Virus record (IMG/VR): IMGVR_UViG_3300045974_000160
Coordinates: 1 to 48,802 of that record
DNA: 48,802 nt
DNA from: a virus
Reading direction: 5' to 3' (one strand)
Both the position numbers and the translations under genes were made by a program. This document shows, piece by piece, positions 8,293-16,550 of the stretch. Position 1 is the stretch's first letter. The number at the start of each line of letters is the position of its first letter. Under the pieces are notes generated by a model. The model was given only the letters and a program-made list of their open reading frames with translations. It did not search any database and was not told the origin of the DNA.

Positions 8293-10647
8293 TTAACCGC
8301 CGTATCGTTTGAGTGTTTCACTGGTTATGTTGAGCGGTCTTCTTAATTCAACAAAGGCCATTATAAATGCGTCAGCGCAATTACGGACAAGAATTCCATT
8401 TGCATAATATACATTATGTTTATCCAATGTTATATTATAGACATCCCTTTCTTTTAATTGCATATGTGCATTTTTTTGAACATCCTCTTGTAGTTTTATC
8501 TCTTTTTCTTGCTGCCGGATGGTTAAATTCTGTTCCGCAATTTTCACATCTTGAGGTATGCGCAACTTGTGCGTTTCTATTGGCCCTGATTGTTGTACAA
8601 GCTTTTGAGCAGCATTTAGAGCGATGCGGCTTTGTTGTAAGATATAAATTCCCGCATACTTCGCAAACAAGTTGCGTTTTAACAATATTTTGTGCAACAA
8701 TTTTAGCGTGTTCGGAATGCCATTTTCTGCCTTCATCTGATTTATGCCATTCAGTTGCTTTTTCTCTTGCAATATCGAGAATTTTATTATTTTTTTCCCT
8801 ATATTCTTCATCCATGAATCTTTCAAGCATATGTTGGCTTTGATGAATTGCAGAATCAATACATTCAAGGTTTTCAATTCTATTATCTTTCCAATCGCCA
8901 TTGATATGGTGTATGTGGCAATTTTCAGGAATTTTCCCGTTATGATCGACCCATATGCGCCTGTGTAAAAGTCGCTCATTTCCAATGTTTTTCCCTCCAT
9001 GCCTTCCTGAGCAATAGTATTTACCTGTATTGAGAACTGAGAACACCTCTCCTTTGTAAACAATAGATTCATTATTTGCCATGATGACCACCTATTTTTA
9101 AGTGGCTCTAGTTTATCACATGACGTAAGCATCTGCAACTGCTTCCATCCTTCATTCCATGTAAAAACATGATGGCTTGGCGTTCCAGTAAGACCAATAT
9201 TTTCTATTACTTTGGCTTTATTTTTGTGAATATGCGTTATTTTTGATATTCCCATTGGAGTGATAACAAAATCCCCTTTTTTTAGTTTTTCTATAGGTTG
9301 TTCTCCTGATGGTGTAGCTATTAAAGTTCCATCAATGAAACAGTTAGGGGAATCAATATCCCGTTTTTCTAAATCTTTTTTTGATTCGACAATAACCTTG
9401 CCGTCTTTCGCAAAATCCTTTCGCGGTGTACATAACTCGTCTATCAATTGAGTCAAATTAGGTATATCAGAGGATATAAATATCATCTCATCCGGCCTAA
9501 ATTCCACGCCATCTCTGATAGCCTGATAGGTGTTTTTCAGTCTATCCGCAATATCCCACCAAGCCTGTGCTTTGATGTTTGAAAAAAAGTCCTTGTTTGT
9601 TAGTTTTGTGTCTTTATACCGCGAATCAGGCTTGTAAACCGTGCCGCCTGCAAAGAATCCTGTATGGCTTATTCTAACGTGTTTCCCTTCGTTTAGGTCG
9701 TTAACCATGCCGCCAACCGATGCGCCTACGCCTATCGCGTCATAGATTATTTCCGCTTCCCTTGATACCGCTTGGGCATAAACTCTTTTAGTCGATTTAG
9801 GCAATTCATCTTCTTTGGCTTTCCATAAGTCAGACCATATTGCAAGTGGCCCATGCGCGTAGATTTGAGCGCATTTATCCTTGCCTGCGTCTGCCACGTC
9901 AAAACCGATGCGCCGACTGCCTGATATATCAATTCCCAGTTTGATATGCGCGTCAATCGCCGCCATAACCCAACTACGCTTAATAATAGACTCATCGTCG
10001 TTGTCGTTTGGCTGGCCTAGGTATATGTGATTGAATGTGTCAATATCCCTTTCTTTAGCGTCTGATATTTCCCTTAAGGCGGTATCGCTTAAAAATGGAT
10101 TATCATTGTAATTTATTCCCATCTGTACTGAGTCAGATGGCGGGTTTACAACAAAGTTTTTCCAAATAAAATCAGTTGATAAATGAGGATTAAATATATT
10201 CCACATTTGCGCACCTTGTTTTCTAAACAAAGTTGGCGCTAATATGTCGTGCTGATCTTTTGTATATCCCTCTGCTTCCTCGTTCCATGTTATGTCAATA
10301 TTTGACAATCCTTTTATTTCAGATATTGAATGCTTTATTCCGTAGAATTTAAACTCACTGCCTGTTTTATGGTTTATTATTTCATTCGCTAATATCGTGA
10401 ATTGATCTTCCTTGCCTAGTTTTTCTATCTGTGATTTTAATTCTTCATATACACTGTCTTTTATTCTTTTTTGAATCTGCCTTGTGCATACAAATCTAAT
10501 TTTCCCTAAACAAGCTAATTTAATAGCTTTCTCGGCTGCGCTCCATGTTTTGCCGGACATTCTGCCGCCATATAGCGTTACATATCTAATGTCGGGAGCA
10601 AATGCCTTTAACCAAAACTCCTCAAGTTTCGGATTGGAACAAGCCAT
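8293..10647 (-). CDS. terL: Terminase large subunit precursor (784 codons) containing a 321-residue intein
   Basis: Walker A YGGRMSGKTW and a nuclease-domain motif split as DIDSPN|intein|CADAFIMAF. The exteins total 463 aa. Confidence 0.9.
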   Translation of the reverse strand: MACSNPKLEEFWLKAFAPDIRYVTLYGGRMSGKTWSAAEKAIKLACLGKIRFVCTRQIQKRIKDSVYEELKSQIEKLGKEDQFTILANEIINHKTGSEFKFYGIKHSISEIKGLSNIDITWNEEAEGYTKDQHDILAPTLFRKQGAQMWNIFNPHLSTDFIWKNFVVNPPSDSVQMGINYNDNPFLSDTALREISDAKERDIDTFNHIYLGQPNDNDDESIIKRSWVMAAIDAHIKLGIDISGSRRIGFDVADAGKDKCAQIYAHGPLAIWSDLWKAKEDELPKSTKRVYAQAVSREAEIIYDAIGVGASVGGMVNDLNEGKHVRISHTGFFAGGTVYKPDSRYKDTKLTNKDFFSNIKAQAWWDIADRLKNTYQAIRDGVEFRPDEMIFISSDIPNLTQLIDELCTPRKDFAKDGKVIVESKKDLEKRDIDSPNCFIDGTLIATPSGEQPIEKLKKGDFVITPMGISKITHIHKNKAKVIENIGLTGTPSHHVFTWNEGWKQLQMLTSCDKLEPLKNRWSSWQIMNLLFTKERCSQFSIQVNTIAQEGMEGKTLEMSDFYTGAYGSIITGKFLKIATYTISMAIGKIIELKTLNVLILQFIKANICLKDSWMKNIGKKIIKFSILQEKKQLNGINQMKAENGIPNTLKLLHKILLKRNLFAKYAGIYILQQSRIALNAAQKLVQQSGPIETHKLRIPQDVKIAEQNLTIRQQEKEIKLQEDVQKNAHMQLKERDVYNITLDKHNVYYANGILVRNCADAFIMAFVELRRPLNITSETLKRYGG
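8380..9342 (-). mobile_element. Intein within terL (residues 436-756)
   Basis: Starts CFIDGTLIATPSG (block A), contains LTGTPSHHVF (block B), and ends VYNITLDKHNVYYANGILVRN followed by a +1 Cys. Codon positions were checked on the sequence. Confidence 0.8.
8435..9091 (-). CDS. HNH endonuclease ORF nested inside the intein in a different frame (218 codons from GTG; ATG at 9082)
   Basis: HNH motif CHIHHINGDWKDNRIENLECIDSAIHQSQH and C-terminal CEVCG / CENCG zinc-ribbon pairs. GGTGG lies 6 nt before the ATG, and a TAG stop lies immediately upstream. Confidence 0.8.
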   Translation of the reverse strand: MVIMANNESIVYKGEVFSVLNTGKYYCSGRHGGKNIGNERLLHRRIWVDHNGKIPENCHIHHINGDWKDNRIENLECIDSAIHQSQHMLERFMDEEYREKNNKILDIAREKATEWHKSDEGRKWHSEHAKIVAQNIVKTQLVCEVCGNLYLTTKPHRSKCCSKACTTIRANRNAQVAHTSRCENCGTEFNHPAARKRDKTTRGCSKKCTYAIKRKGCL

Positions 10648-11152
10648 TTCTTATGTCTTCAAAGCTTAATGCTTGCGGCACTGGTTTTTGTTCATTATCC
10701 TTTTTGTAAAGACCATGGTGCTTAAATAGAGTATCCAAAGCTTTTCCCTTATCCCAAAACTTTATCTTGGTTTCTTTTCCGACAACAGCGCCATCTTTTT
10801 CTATCTCTTTTATTTCAATTGACGCAATCGCAGCCCGTGTTGATTTTTTCATTTTGCGCACAGGTAGAATTTTTCCATTTTCATCAAATATATTCGCAGG
10901 ATCACTTAATGCAATATATCCGGCTTCCCTTACAACCGCGTCGGCGGTTACTTGGGTACGCATCCCCCTTTCATACATTTCCTTATAAATATAATCCTTT
11001 AGTTTACGATAAAGCTTTAACCCGTTTAGTCTTATTCCCTTAGTGCTAGGGCTAATGTTTTTTGCCCTACAATATGCCTGAGTCATATTAAGGTCAACTA
11101 AATATTGTTTAATGAATTCCCTTTCCAAATCTGATAATTTATCGTAATCCAT
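10622..11152 (-). CDS. terS: Terminase small subunit (176 aa, Terminase_2/P27-like)
   Basis: N-terminal HTH-like NMTQAYCRAKNISPSTKG. It lies directly upstream of terL and overlaps it. Confidence 0.7.
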   Translation of the reverse strand: MDYDKLSDLEREFIKQYLVDLNMTQAYCRAKNISPSTKGIRLNGLKLYRKLKDYIYKEMYERGMRTQVTADAVVREAGYIALSDPANIFDENGKILPVRKMKKSTRAAIASIEIKEIEKDGAVVGKETKIKFWDKGKALDTLFKHHGLYKKDNEQKPVPQALSFEDIRNGLFQSET

Positions 11153-11154
11153 GT

Positions 11155-11457
11155 TTATTTACTCAAAAAGTCCTCGCAAACTACAATTGCGGGAGGGTAT
11201 CCAACTTGTCTATCGGGCGGGTTTTTAATGCAATACCCCTCCCAAGAACGGCTTATACAATCGCCGCACGTTGCGGGCTTTTCTTCCCATTGCAGACAGC
11301 TTGCGTGAACAGATGCTTCCCGCAATAAATGACCGCATTTATTACACCGCACATAACCAAATACCAGCCCATGCCGCATATCGCATTCCGGGTTGTCACA
11401 CGCCATGCCGTATATGCGGGTTGTTATTGCAGCCATTGGCTGTTTATTATCGTTCAT
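11155..11457 (-). CDS. Cys-rich hypothetical protein (100 aa)
   Basis: CDNPEC...CNKCGH...CGDC suggests zinc binding. Coupled ORF. Confidence 0.55.
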   Translation of the reverse strand: MNDNKQPMAAITTRIYGMACDNPECDMRHGLVFGYVRCNKCGHLLREASVHASCLQWEEKPATCGDCISRSWEGYCIKNPPDRQVGYPPAIVVCEDFLSK

Positions 11458-12896
11458 GCCGGATTCGCTATAAATGTTGCAATATCAAAAACGCCATGTG
11501 TCAAAACATGGTCATTATTTATTCCAAGCCTGTCGCATTCAAAATGGTAGGATGTTCCGCTTGTTTCGTCCACGGGTAGCGTAATAGCCGCATATCCAGC
11601 GTTATTAACAATCAATGCTATTTTACCAATGCTTCCCGGATCAATGACAAAATCCCCAGCGCCTGCGGGTTTAATCGACGGAGATATGTAAATCTTTGCG
11701 CTAGCCATGTCGATTCCTGGTAAAGGGATATTATTGATATATGCAACGCATTCACCGGCGGAGGCGGGGGATGGTATTAAAACGGTTGGCCCTGTTCCAG
11801 GTATTTCAGTTTGCCTGTATACCACATGACCGTAAGTGTTATCATCATATAGTGCCAATTCTTCGCGGGTTTGAGCTAATGGATTTGTACCCGCTCCCGC
11901 GTTTTCCCATGCCGCGCCCGCGCTGCCTGCCGTGGTATGCCCCGCTAACTGTAAATCAGCAATAGCTATGGCGTTTTCGCTTGCAGTCGGGATCGTGTTA
12001 GTGACAAGCCTTGTAGCATACCCCCAAATATCTGCTATGAGCGTGCCAAATCCGGTTAATGTCCTGCTGCCTGACGACCATACCGCCGTCGCAATTTCAC
12101 TCGCTGTAGGCGGACTGGTGCTTAATGTACGGGTAGCATATGCCCATACATCCGCCGCCGATATTCCCACGGTAAAATCGAACGCGGTTAATGTTCTGGT
12201 GGCATATCCCCAAACCGAAGCCGATATGCCGGATATTGACGCATTAAGGTAATTAAGCCGAGTATCCCCAATATTAGTTAATCCTGCGCCATTAGTCCCT
12301 ATATTAGTTGATATGGTATTTACGCTAGATTGGCTTGCCGCTGATTTAGCCGGATCATATGCGCTTGTTAGCGTGACGGGATTAGTAACCGTGCCGACCG
12401 TTTGATTTGCCGCAAGCGTCACGCCAGCCGTCACGCTGCCAACCGAACCCGCCACATTCCCGCCCACGTTGCCCGTGACACTTGCTGCTACGGGAGTTGC
12501 TGCCGTTGCCGCAGTGGTAACACTGGCCTTCATAGCGGCTGTTAAATCGCCATTAGTCGGGGCATTAGTTAGATTAGTGACGTTGGTAATTGTGCCAGCC
12601 GTAATATTGCTTTGACTGGCAATAGACCATGCAGAGCCATCCCACGGCATGAGCGGGGTTTGAAACACAATCCCCCCGCTTGCCACGCTTGAGAATGACA
12701 GTTGCAATAACTGTGCGGGCGTACTGCCCGGCATGTTTCCGACATACCGGGCATAGGCCGTTGTTGAACCCGACTCGCTACAAGCTACAGCGCTGCCCCC
12801 GGTTACCGGCGATCCTGCGCTATTGAGTACGGCGCACAATACGTCGGTTAACCCGGTCTGATACGGTTGCAGCGTTGCAGCAAGTTCGGAAGCCAT
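11454..12896 (-). CDS. Tail-fibre-like structural protein (480 aa) with four VW-YATRTL repeats
   Basis: Ala/Thr/Ser/Gly-rich. Repeats SVWGYATRTLT, DVWAYATRTLS, AVWSSGSRTLT and DIWGYATRLVT lie at residues 226-300. Confidence 0.55.
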   Translation of the reverse strand: MASELAATLQPYQTGLTDVLCAVLNSAGSPVTGGSAVACSESGSTTAYARYVGNMPGSTPAQLLQLSFSSVASGGIVFQTPLMPWDGSAWSIASQSNITAGTITNVTNLTNAPTNGDLTAAMKASVTTAATAATPVAASVTGNVGGNVAGSVGSVTAGVTLAANQTVGTVTNPVTLTSAYDPAKSAASQSSVNTISTNIGTNGAGLTNIGDTRLNYLNASISGISASVWGYATRTLTAFDFTVGISAADVWAYATRTLSTSPPTASEIATAVWSSGSRTLTGFGTLIADIWGYATRLVTNTIPTASENAIAIADLQLAGHTTAGSAGAAWENAGAGTNPLAQTREELALYDDNTYGHVVYRQTEIPGTGPTVLIPSPASAGECVAYINNIPLPGIDMASAKIYISPSIKPAGAGDFVIDPGSIGKIALIVNNAGYAAITLPVDETSGTSYHFECDRLGINNDHVLTHGVFDIATFIANPA

Positions 12897-13463
12897 TTAT
12901 GCAGGCCAGCCTAGGCCGTCCGGTGGATTAGCGGCGTCGAATGCCGCCGCCGTTGCCGGATCGGTTAGCGCGTTGAGATAGCCGATTAGCGCAATCTGCG
13001 CGGCGATAATCGGGTCTGCCGCCGTGCTTTTTGCATTTAGATCGTCAAGTAGCGCTTGTTCTTGGGGTGTTAATGGCTGGCTTGTCGCTTGTTTTACCCG
13101 CAAATTACCCCAGTTTATGCTCGAAATAAAACCAGTTGACACGCTAGTTATTCCTACCGCCGACGTCACCTTTTCATCGGCCAGCGCATTTACCGCCGCG
13201 ATGCCGTTTGCAATGCTGTCCGCCAATGGCGGATAAACCGGGACAGGGGGGGCAAATGTGCCGCCGGACAGAGTATTTGATACTGTAATTGGCGCGTTAA
13301 TTGGCGTATACAAATCGCCGATATTTGCCGTTTGAGTCGCGCCGATTTGCACTACCCAATTACCCGACAACTCGGTATATGATGGATTAAGATTAGTAAT
13401 CACAACCACTAAAAGACTGGTTTTATCAACTAGCGCCCGTTTTACTTTTTGTCCACCCGGCAT
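12897..13463 (-). CDS. Hypothetical structural protein (188 aa)
   Basis: ORF in the fibre cluster. Confidence 0.5.
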   Translation of the reverse strand: MPGGQKVKRALVDKTSLLVVVITNLNPSYTELSGNWVVQIGATQTANIGDLYTPINAPITVSNTLSGGTFAPPVPVYPPLADSIANGIAAVNALADEKVTSAVGITSVSTGFISSINWGNLRVKQATSQPLTPQEQALLDDLNAKSTAADPIIAAQIALIGYLNALTDPATAAAFDAANPPDGLGWPA

Positions 13464-13483
13464 AAATCACCCCATTAAGTTAA

Positions 13484-14659
13484 TTAACCAAAAATCAAAC
13501 TAATCGCACCCGGCCCGCCATTTCCGGCTTTAATGCCTGTGCGCGTTGCGCCACTGCCACCGCCGTATGCCGACGAATCGCCGCCGCTTGTCGAATCTCC
13601 GCCAGCGCCGCCAGACAATCCCATAAAAGAACACACGCCAGCCGCCGTTGTAGTGCCCCCGTCCGATACCGCGCCGCCGCCAGGACCGCCGTGCGTTGAA
13701 TTTTGCCCGACGCCTACCGAGCCTATAGGGCTACTGCCGCCCGCCGCGCCGCCCCAAGCGGCCATTGGCCTTAATGAATTGTTGGAGGCACTTTGACTGC
13801 CGGCTATGCCGTATGCGCCGCCCAATCCGGCTCCTGCCGATGCTGTAGAGTTGACTCCCGGCAAGCCCCCCAAAACTGATAGCGTATTTTGTGAGCCATT
13901 AACACCTGCACTTAAACAACCCCCGCCAGAAGGCGCGCCAGCATACAAATTTACGCCGGCCTTGACACCACCGCCACCGCCATACGCTATTATTGTTGGC
14001 CCGCCCGTCCACGTTAGAGAACTATTTGATCCGGCGCTTCCGTCAATCGCTGTTGACGGCCCTATGGCTGCTGATGCGATTATCAGAGTGATAATTTTCC
14101 CTGATGTTGGTGTGCGCAGTCCGCCAATCGGGAAACAAGCCCCTCCCCCACCGCCGCTTGCGCCGCTGCCTGAGCCGGTTATGCCAGATTTAGCACCGGT
14201 TCCGCCGCCTGCCCATAAATAGCCATGAGTAATAAACGCATACCCGGAAGGCATTCTAAATTGAAATGAAAAACCGGAGTATTCAAACCCTCCCGGCCTG
14301 ACTACACGCGAGTATAACGCGCCGCCCGTATAATAAAACCACCTTAATTCATGCGGCACCATGGGAAATGAATTAGTAACCCCGCCTACGCTTGATGGTG
14401 TTATGCCGTCGCACGTCGCGTTAATATACAAAAAAGCGCCATAATATAAAAAATTACCTAATGCGTCTACATTTACCGGGTTATCCATACATTCCACGTA
14501 ACAGTTAAACCCTTCGCTTAACGTGCCAAATGTCAGAGTCGCATCCGTGCCGCTTCCGGTGAATTCAATTGACCGCCCCATATTAGCTGCGGTTATTTGG
14601 AAATTGCCGCTTTTGGGTATTGGGATTCCGGCTATTGCGGGATTATAGATAGCTGTCAT
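13484..14659 (-). CDS. Glycine-rich fibre-like protein (391 aa)
   Basis: Long Gly-rich C-terminal half (GGGGACFPIGG ... GNGGPGAISLIFG). Paralogous in style to 36328-37338. Confidence 0.6.
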   Translation of the reverse strand: MTAIYNPAIAGIPIPKSGNFQITAANMGRSIEFTGSGTDATLTFGTLSEGFNCYVECMDNPVNVDALGNFLYYGAFLYINATCDGITPSSVGGVTNSFPMVPHELRWFYYTGGALYSRVVRPGGFEYSGFSFQFRMPSGYAFITHGYLWAGGGTGAKSGITGSGSGASGGGGGACFPIGGLRTPTSGKIITLIIASAAIGPSTAIDGSAGSNSSLTWTGGPTIIAYGGGGGVKAGVNLYAGAPSGGGCLSAGVNGSQNTLSVLGGLPGVNSTASAGAGLGGAYGIAGSQSASNNSLRPMAAWGGAAGGSSPIGSVGVGQNSTHGGPGGGAVSDGGTTTAAGVCSFMGLSGGAGGDSTSGGDSSAYGGGSGATRTGIKAGNGGPGAISLIFG

Positions 14660-14802
14660 TTAATCGACTCCGTTCCCCATTTTGTCGCCAGCATACCTAT
14701 TATTATCTCAATTGTTTTAATATTGTTGGCTGGAATATCGACAAACAACATTATTAAAACAATGCCCGCCATTAACAGGGCTATAATAGTGTCCTGATTC
14801 AT
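14656..14802 (-). CDS. Small membrane protein (48 aa)
   Basis: MNQDTIIALLMAGIVLIMLFVDIPANNIKTIEIIIGMLATKWGTESIK. ATGA overlap with the next gene. Confidence 0.4.
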   Translation of the reverse strand: MNQDTIIALLMAGIVLIMLFVDIPANNIKTIEIIIGMLATKWGTESIK

Positions 14803-14842
14803 GGCGGGCAATTGCAAAACGCGCTACCTGCTCGGCGTGCGC

Positions 14843-15232
14843 TTAGACCGGTTCGCCGCCGCCGCCGCCGCCGCCACTACCGATGCCGCCGCTGATGGTA
14901 ATGGGAATACCGGATTCGGCGACGGGCGTATCGGGCGTTGCGAGAACAGCAGCGACGATTGCGGGGGCATTAATGGTATTGTCGGACACGGCGGTATCGC
15001 CTTCGCCAATCAACGACTCATAGTCGTTCAGCGCCTTATCGATGTCCTCCCGATCGCCGGAATCGAAAGCAGTCAATACCGCTTCATAGGCCGATTTGTT
15101 TGCGATCTGATAGTCGGCAAATGCCTTGTCTTTTTCGGCTACCACACTAGCCACTGCGTCATGCACGGCCTGATCGGTCAAGCCCGGAATCAATGCAACG
15201 ATACTCTTAAACAGTTTGCTCATAAAACCCAT
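14843..15232 (-). CDS. Hypothetical protein (129 aa from ATG 15232) with a C-terminal Gly7 run
   Basis: GGAG Shine-Dalgarno before the ATG at 15232. The track start at 15277 is less likely. Confidence 0.55.
   Translation of the reverse strand: MGFMSKLFKSIVALIPGLTDQAVHDAVASVVAEKDKAFADYQIANKSAYEAVLTAFDSGDREDIDKALNDYESLIGEGDTAVSDNTINAPAIVAAVLATPDTPVAESGIPITISGGIGSGGGGGGGEPV
14855..14875. repeat. (GCC)7 trinucleotide repeat encoding Gly7
   Basis: Read directly. Confidence 0.9.
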
Positions 15233-15302
15233 TATCTCCACTCTATTGATTAAATCCGGCCCTTTACCGGGAAGCACCGTTTTAAGCCCGGCGGCTAAAA
15301 AT

Positions 15303-15378
15303 TGGAGCCAACAGCAGGACTCGAACCCGCTATCCCCGGATTATGAGTCCGGCGTCTTAACCATTTGACTATCCCGCA
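15303..15378 (-). tRNA. tRNA-like gene, anticodon CAU (Met or Ile2 class), encoded CCA, acceptor stem poorly paired
   Basis: Minus sense GCGGGAUAGUCAAAUGGUUAAGACGCCGGACUCAUAAUCCGGGGAUAGCGGGUUCGAGUCCUGCUGUUGGCUCCA. The D, anticodon (CCGGA/UCCGG, loop CUCAUAA) and T arms (GCGGG-UUCGAGU-CCUGC) fold. The 5' strand does not pair with UGUUGGC. Confidence 0.55.
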
Positions 15379-15379
15379 A

Positions 15380-15703
15380 TTATTCTGAAATTATATTATG
15401 TGCAATTTCTTTTACTTTAACACATTGCTCGCAATTTTTACTCATTGACGCTAGTACATATATATCCATTGCATCGTCCTGTGATTTTCGGTGCTTTCTT
15501 GTCAATTCTTCTAATTTCTTTTCTAGCGAATCTACTTTAGCTGTTAATCTCTGTAATTCAGCGACTACACTATCAATTACCCCTATTTCAGCGTTATCCC
15601 TTTTAAGCGACTTGCGAATACTTATTGCCGAAAATGCAAGCGCGGCGATGCCGCTTAAAACTGCCGCTATCGTGCCTTGGCTTTCCGGTATAGGGTTTTC
15701 CAT
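15380..15703 (-). CDS. Membrane-anchored coiled-coil protein (107 aa), first gene of the late operon
   Basis: N-terminal TM GTIAAVLSGIAALAFSAISI, then a heptad-like segment VVAELQRLTAKVDSLEKKLEELTRK. A spanin- or holin-like role is speculative. Confidence 0.55.
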   Translation of the reverse strand: MENPIPESQGTIAAVLSGIAALAFSAISIRKSLKRDNAEIGVIDSVVAELQRLTAKVDSLEKKLEELTRKHRKSQDDAMDIYVLASMSKNCEQCVKVKEIAHNIISE

Positions 15704-15774
15704 GCTTTATTTTATTTGCATTGATTGTTTACGCATAAATAGCACGGTTTCGCGGCGATTGCAAGATTTTAGGC

Positions 15775-15803
15775 AAAAAAAGCCCCTGCGCATAGGCAGG
15801 GGC
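15775..15803 (-). terminator. Rho-independent terminator (minus strand) about 72 bp upstream of the first late gene
   Basis: Minus sense GCCCCUGC-cuaugc-GCAGGGGC followed by UUUUUUU. Confidence 0.65.
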
Positions 15804-15990
15804 AAATGGCTACGAGGTGTCACATGGGAATAAGGCTTAATCATAACCGATTGCACAGATTAGCGTTATTGCGTTTCGCTATATGATTGTGCGTTTTTGA
15901 TCTAACAAAACACAGTATTTTGCTGTATCATTCTCCCATGCCAGCCAATCAGGCGCGGCAAAACAACCCTACTAAAAATTGAGGTTCCGA

Positions 15991-16464
15991 ATGAACACTT
16001 CCGACGCTGCCAAAATCCTTGAACTTGACGGTTCAATCACCCCCGAACTCGTAAAAGCCGCCTATCGCCGCATGGCGATGAAATATCACCCAGACCGTAA
16101 CCCCGCTGGCCTTGAAATGATGCAAGCGGTAAACGAAGCCCTCGCTGTTTTAAAGGAATACACGGGAGAAGTCGCGCAAGGCGCGGCGGGATATGGAGAA
16201 GCGCTTAACGATGCAATCAATGCTGTAGTCACGATGGCGGGCATTAAAATCGAAATTTGCGGGGCATGGGTATGGCTTAGCGGCGACACTTACCCGCACC
16301 GCGTAGCGATTAAAGCCGCTGGCTTCATGTGGGCCAGCAAGAAAAAAATGTGGTATTTCCGCCCCGATGATTGGAAAGGCGGTAGAGGCAGGGATATGGA
16401 CGAAATACGCGCAAAGTACGGCAGTCAAGAAGTAGCTCCCAAGCAAGCGCCGTCAATCAAATAA
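15991..16464 (+). CDS. J-domain (DnaJ-like) protein (157 aa from ATG 15991)
   Basis: AAYRRMAMKYHPDRNP carries the HPD motif. GAGG Shine-Dalgarno 6 nt upstream. Confidence 0.8.
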   Translation: MNTSDAAKILELDGSITPELVKAAYRRMAMKYHPDRNPAGLEMMQAVNEALAVLKEYTGEVAQGAAGYGEALNDAINAVVTMAGIKIEICGAWVWLSGDTYPHRVAIKAAGFMWASKKKMWYFRPDDWKGGRGRDMDEIRAKYGSQEVAPKQAPSIK

Positions 16465-16550
16465 GACGCCAGCCCGTCGCGGGTCACTCCCGCGACTACG
16501 GTGCCTTCGAGAGTCGGCAGACTGGCAACAACATAATAGCAGGCAAAACC

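Noticed and set aside
8367-8843. Plus-strand 158-aa ORF antisense to the intein/HNH region
   Set aside because: The translation is low in information and there is no Shine-Dalgarno. The region is already dual-coding on the minus strand, so this is most likely a by-product of codon constraints.
11454-14659. Diversity-generating retroelement targeting the fibre genes
   Set aside because: No reverse transcriptase ORF is present. No near-identical template/variable DNA repeat pair was seen. The fibre repeats are diverged protein-level repeats.
15303-15378. tRNA-like sequence as an attP core for integration into a host tRNA gene
   Set aside because: No integrase or excisionase ORF is present anywhere in the 48.7 kb. 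It is kept only as an alternative explanation inside the tRNA finding.
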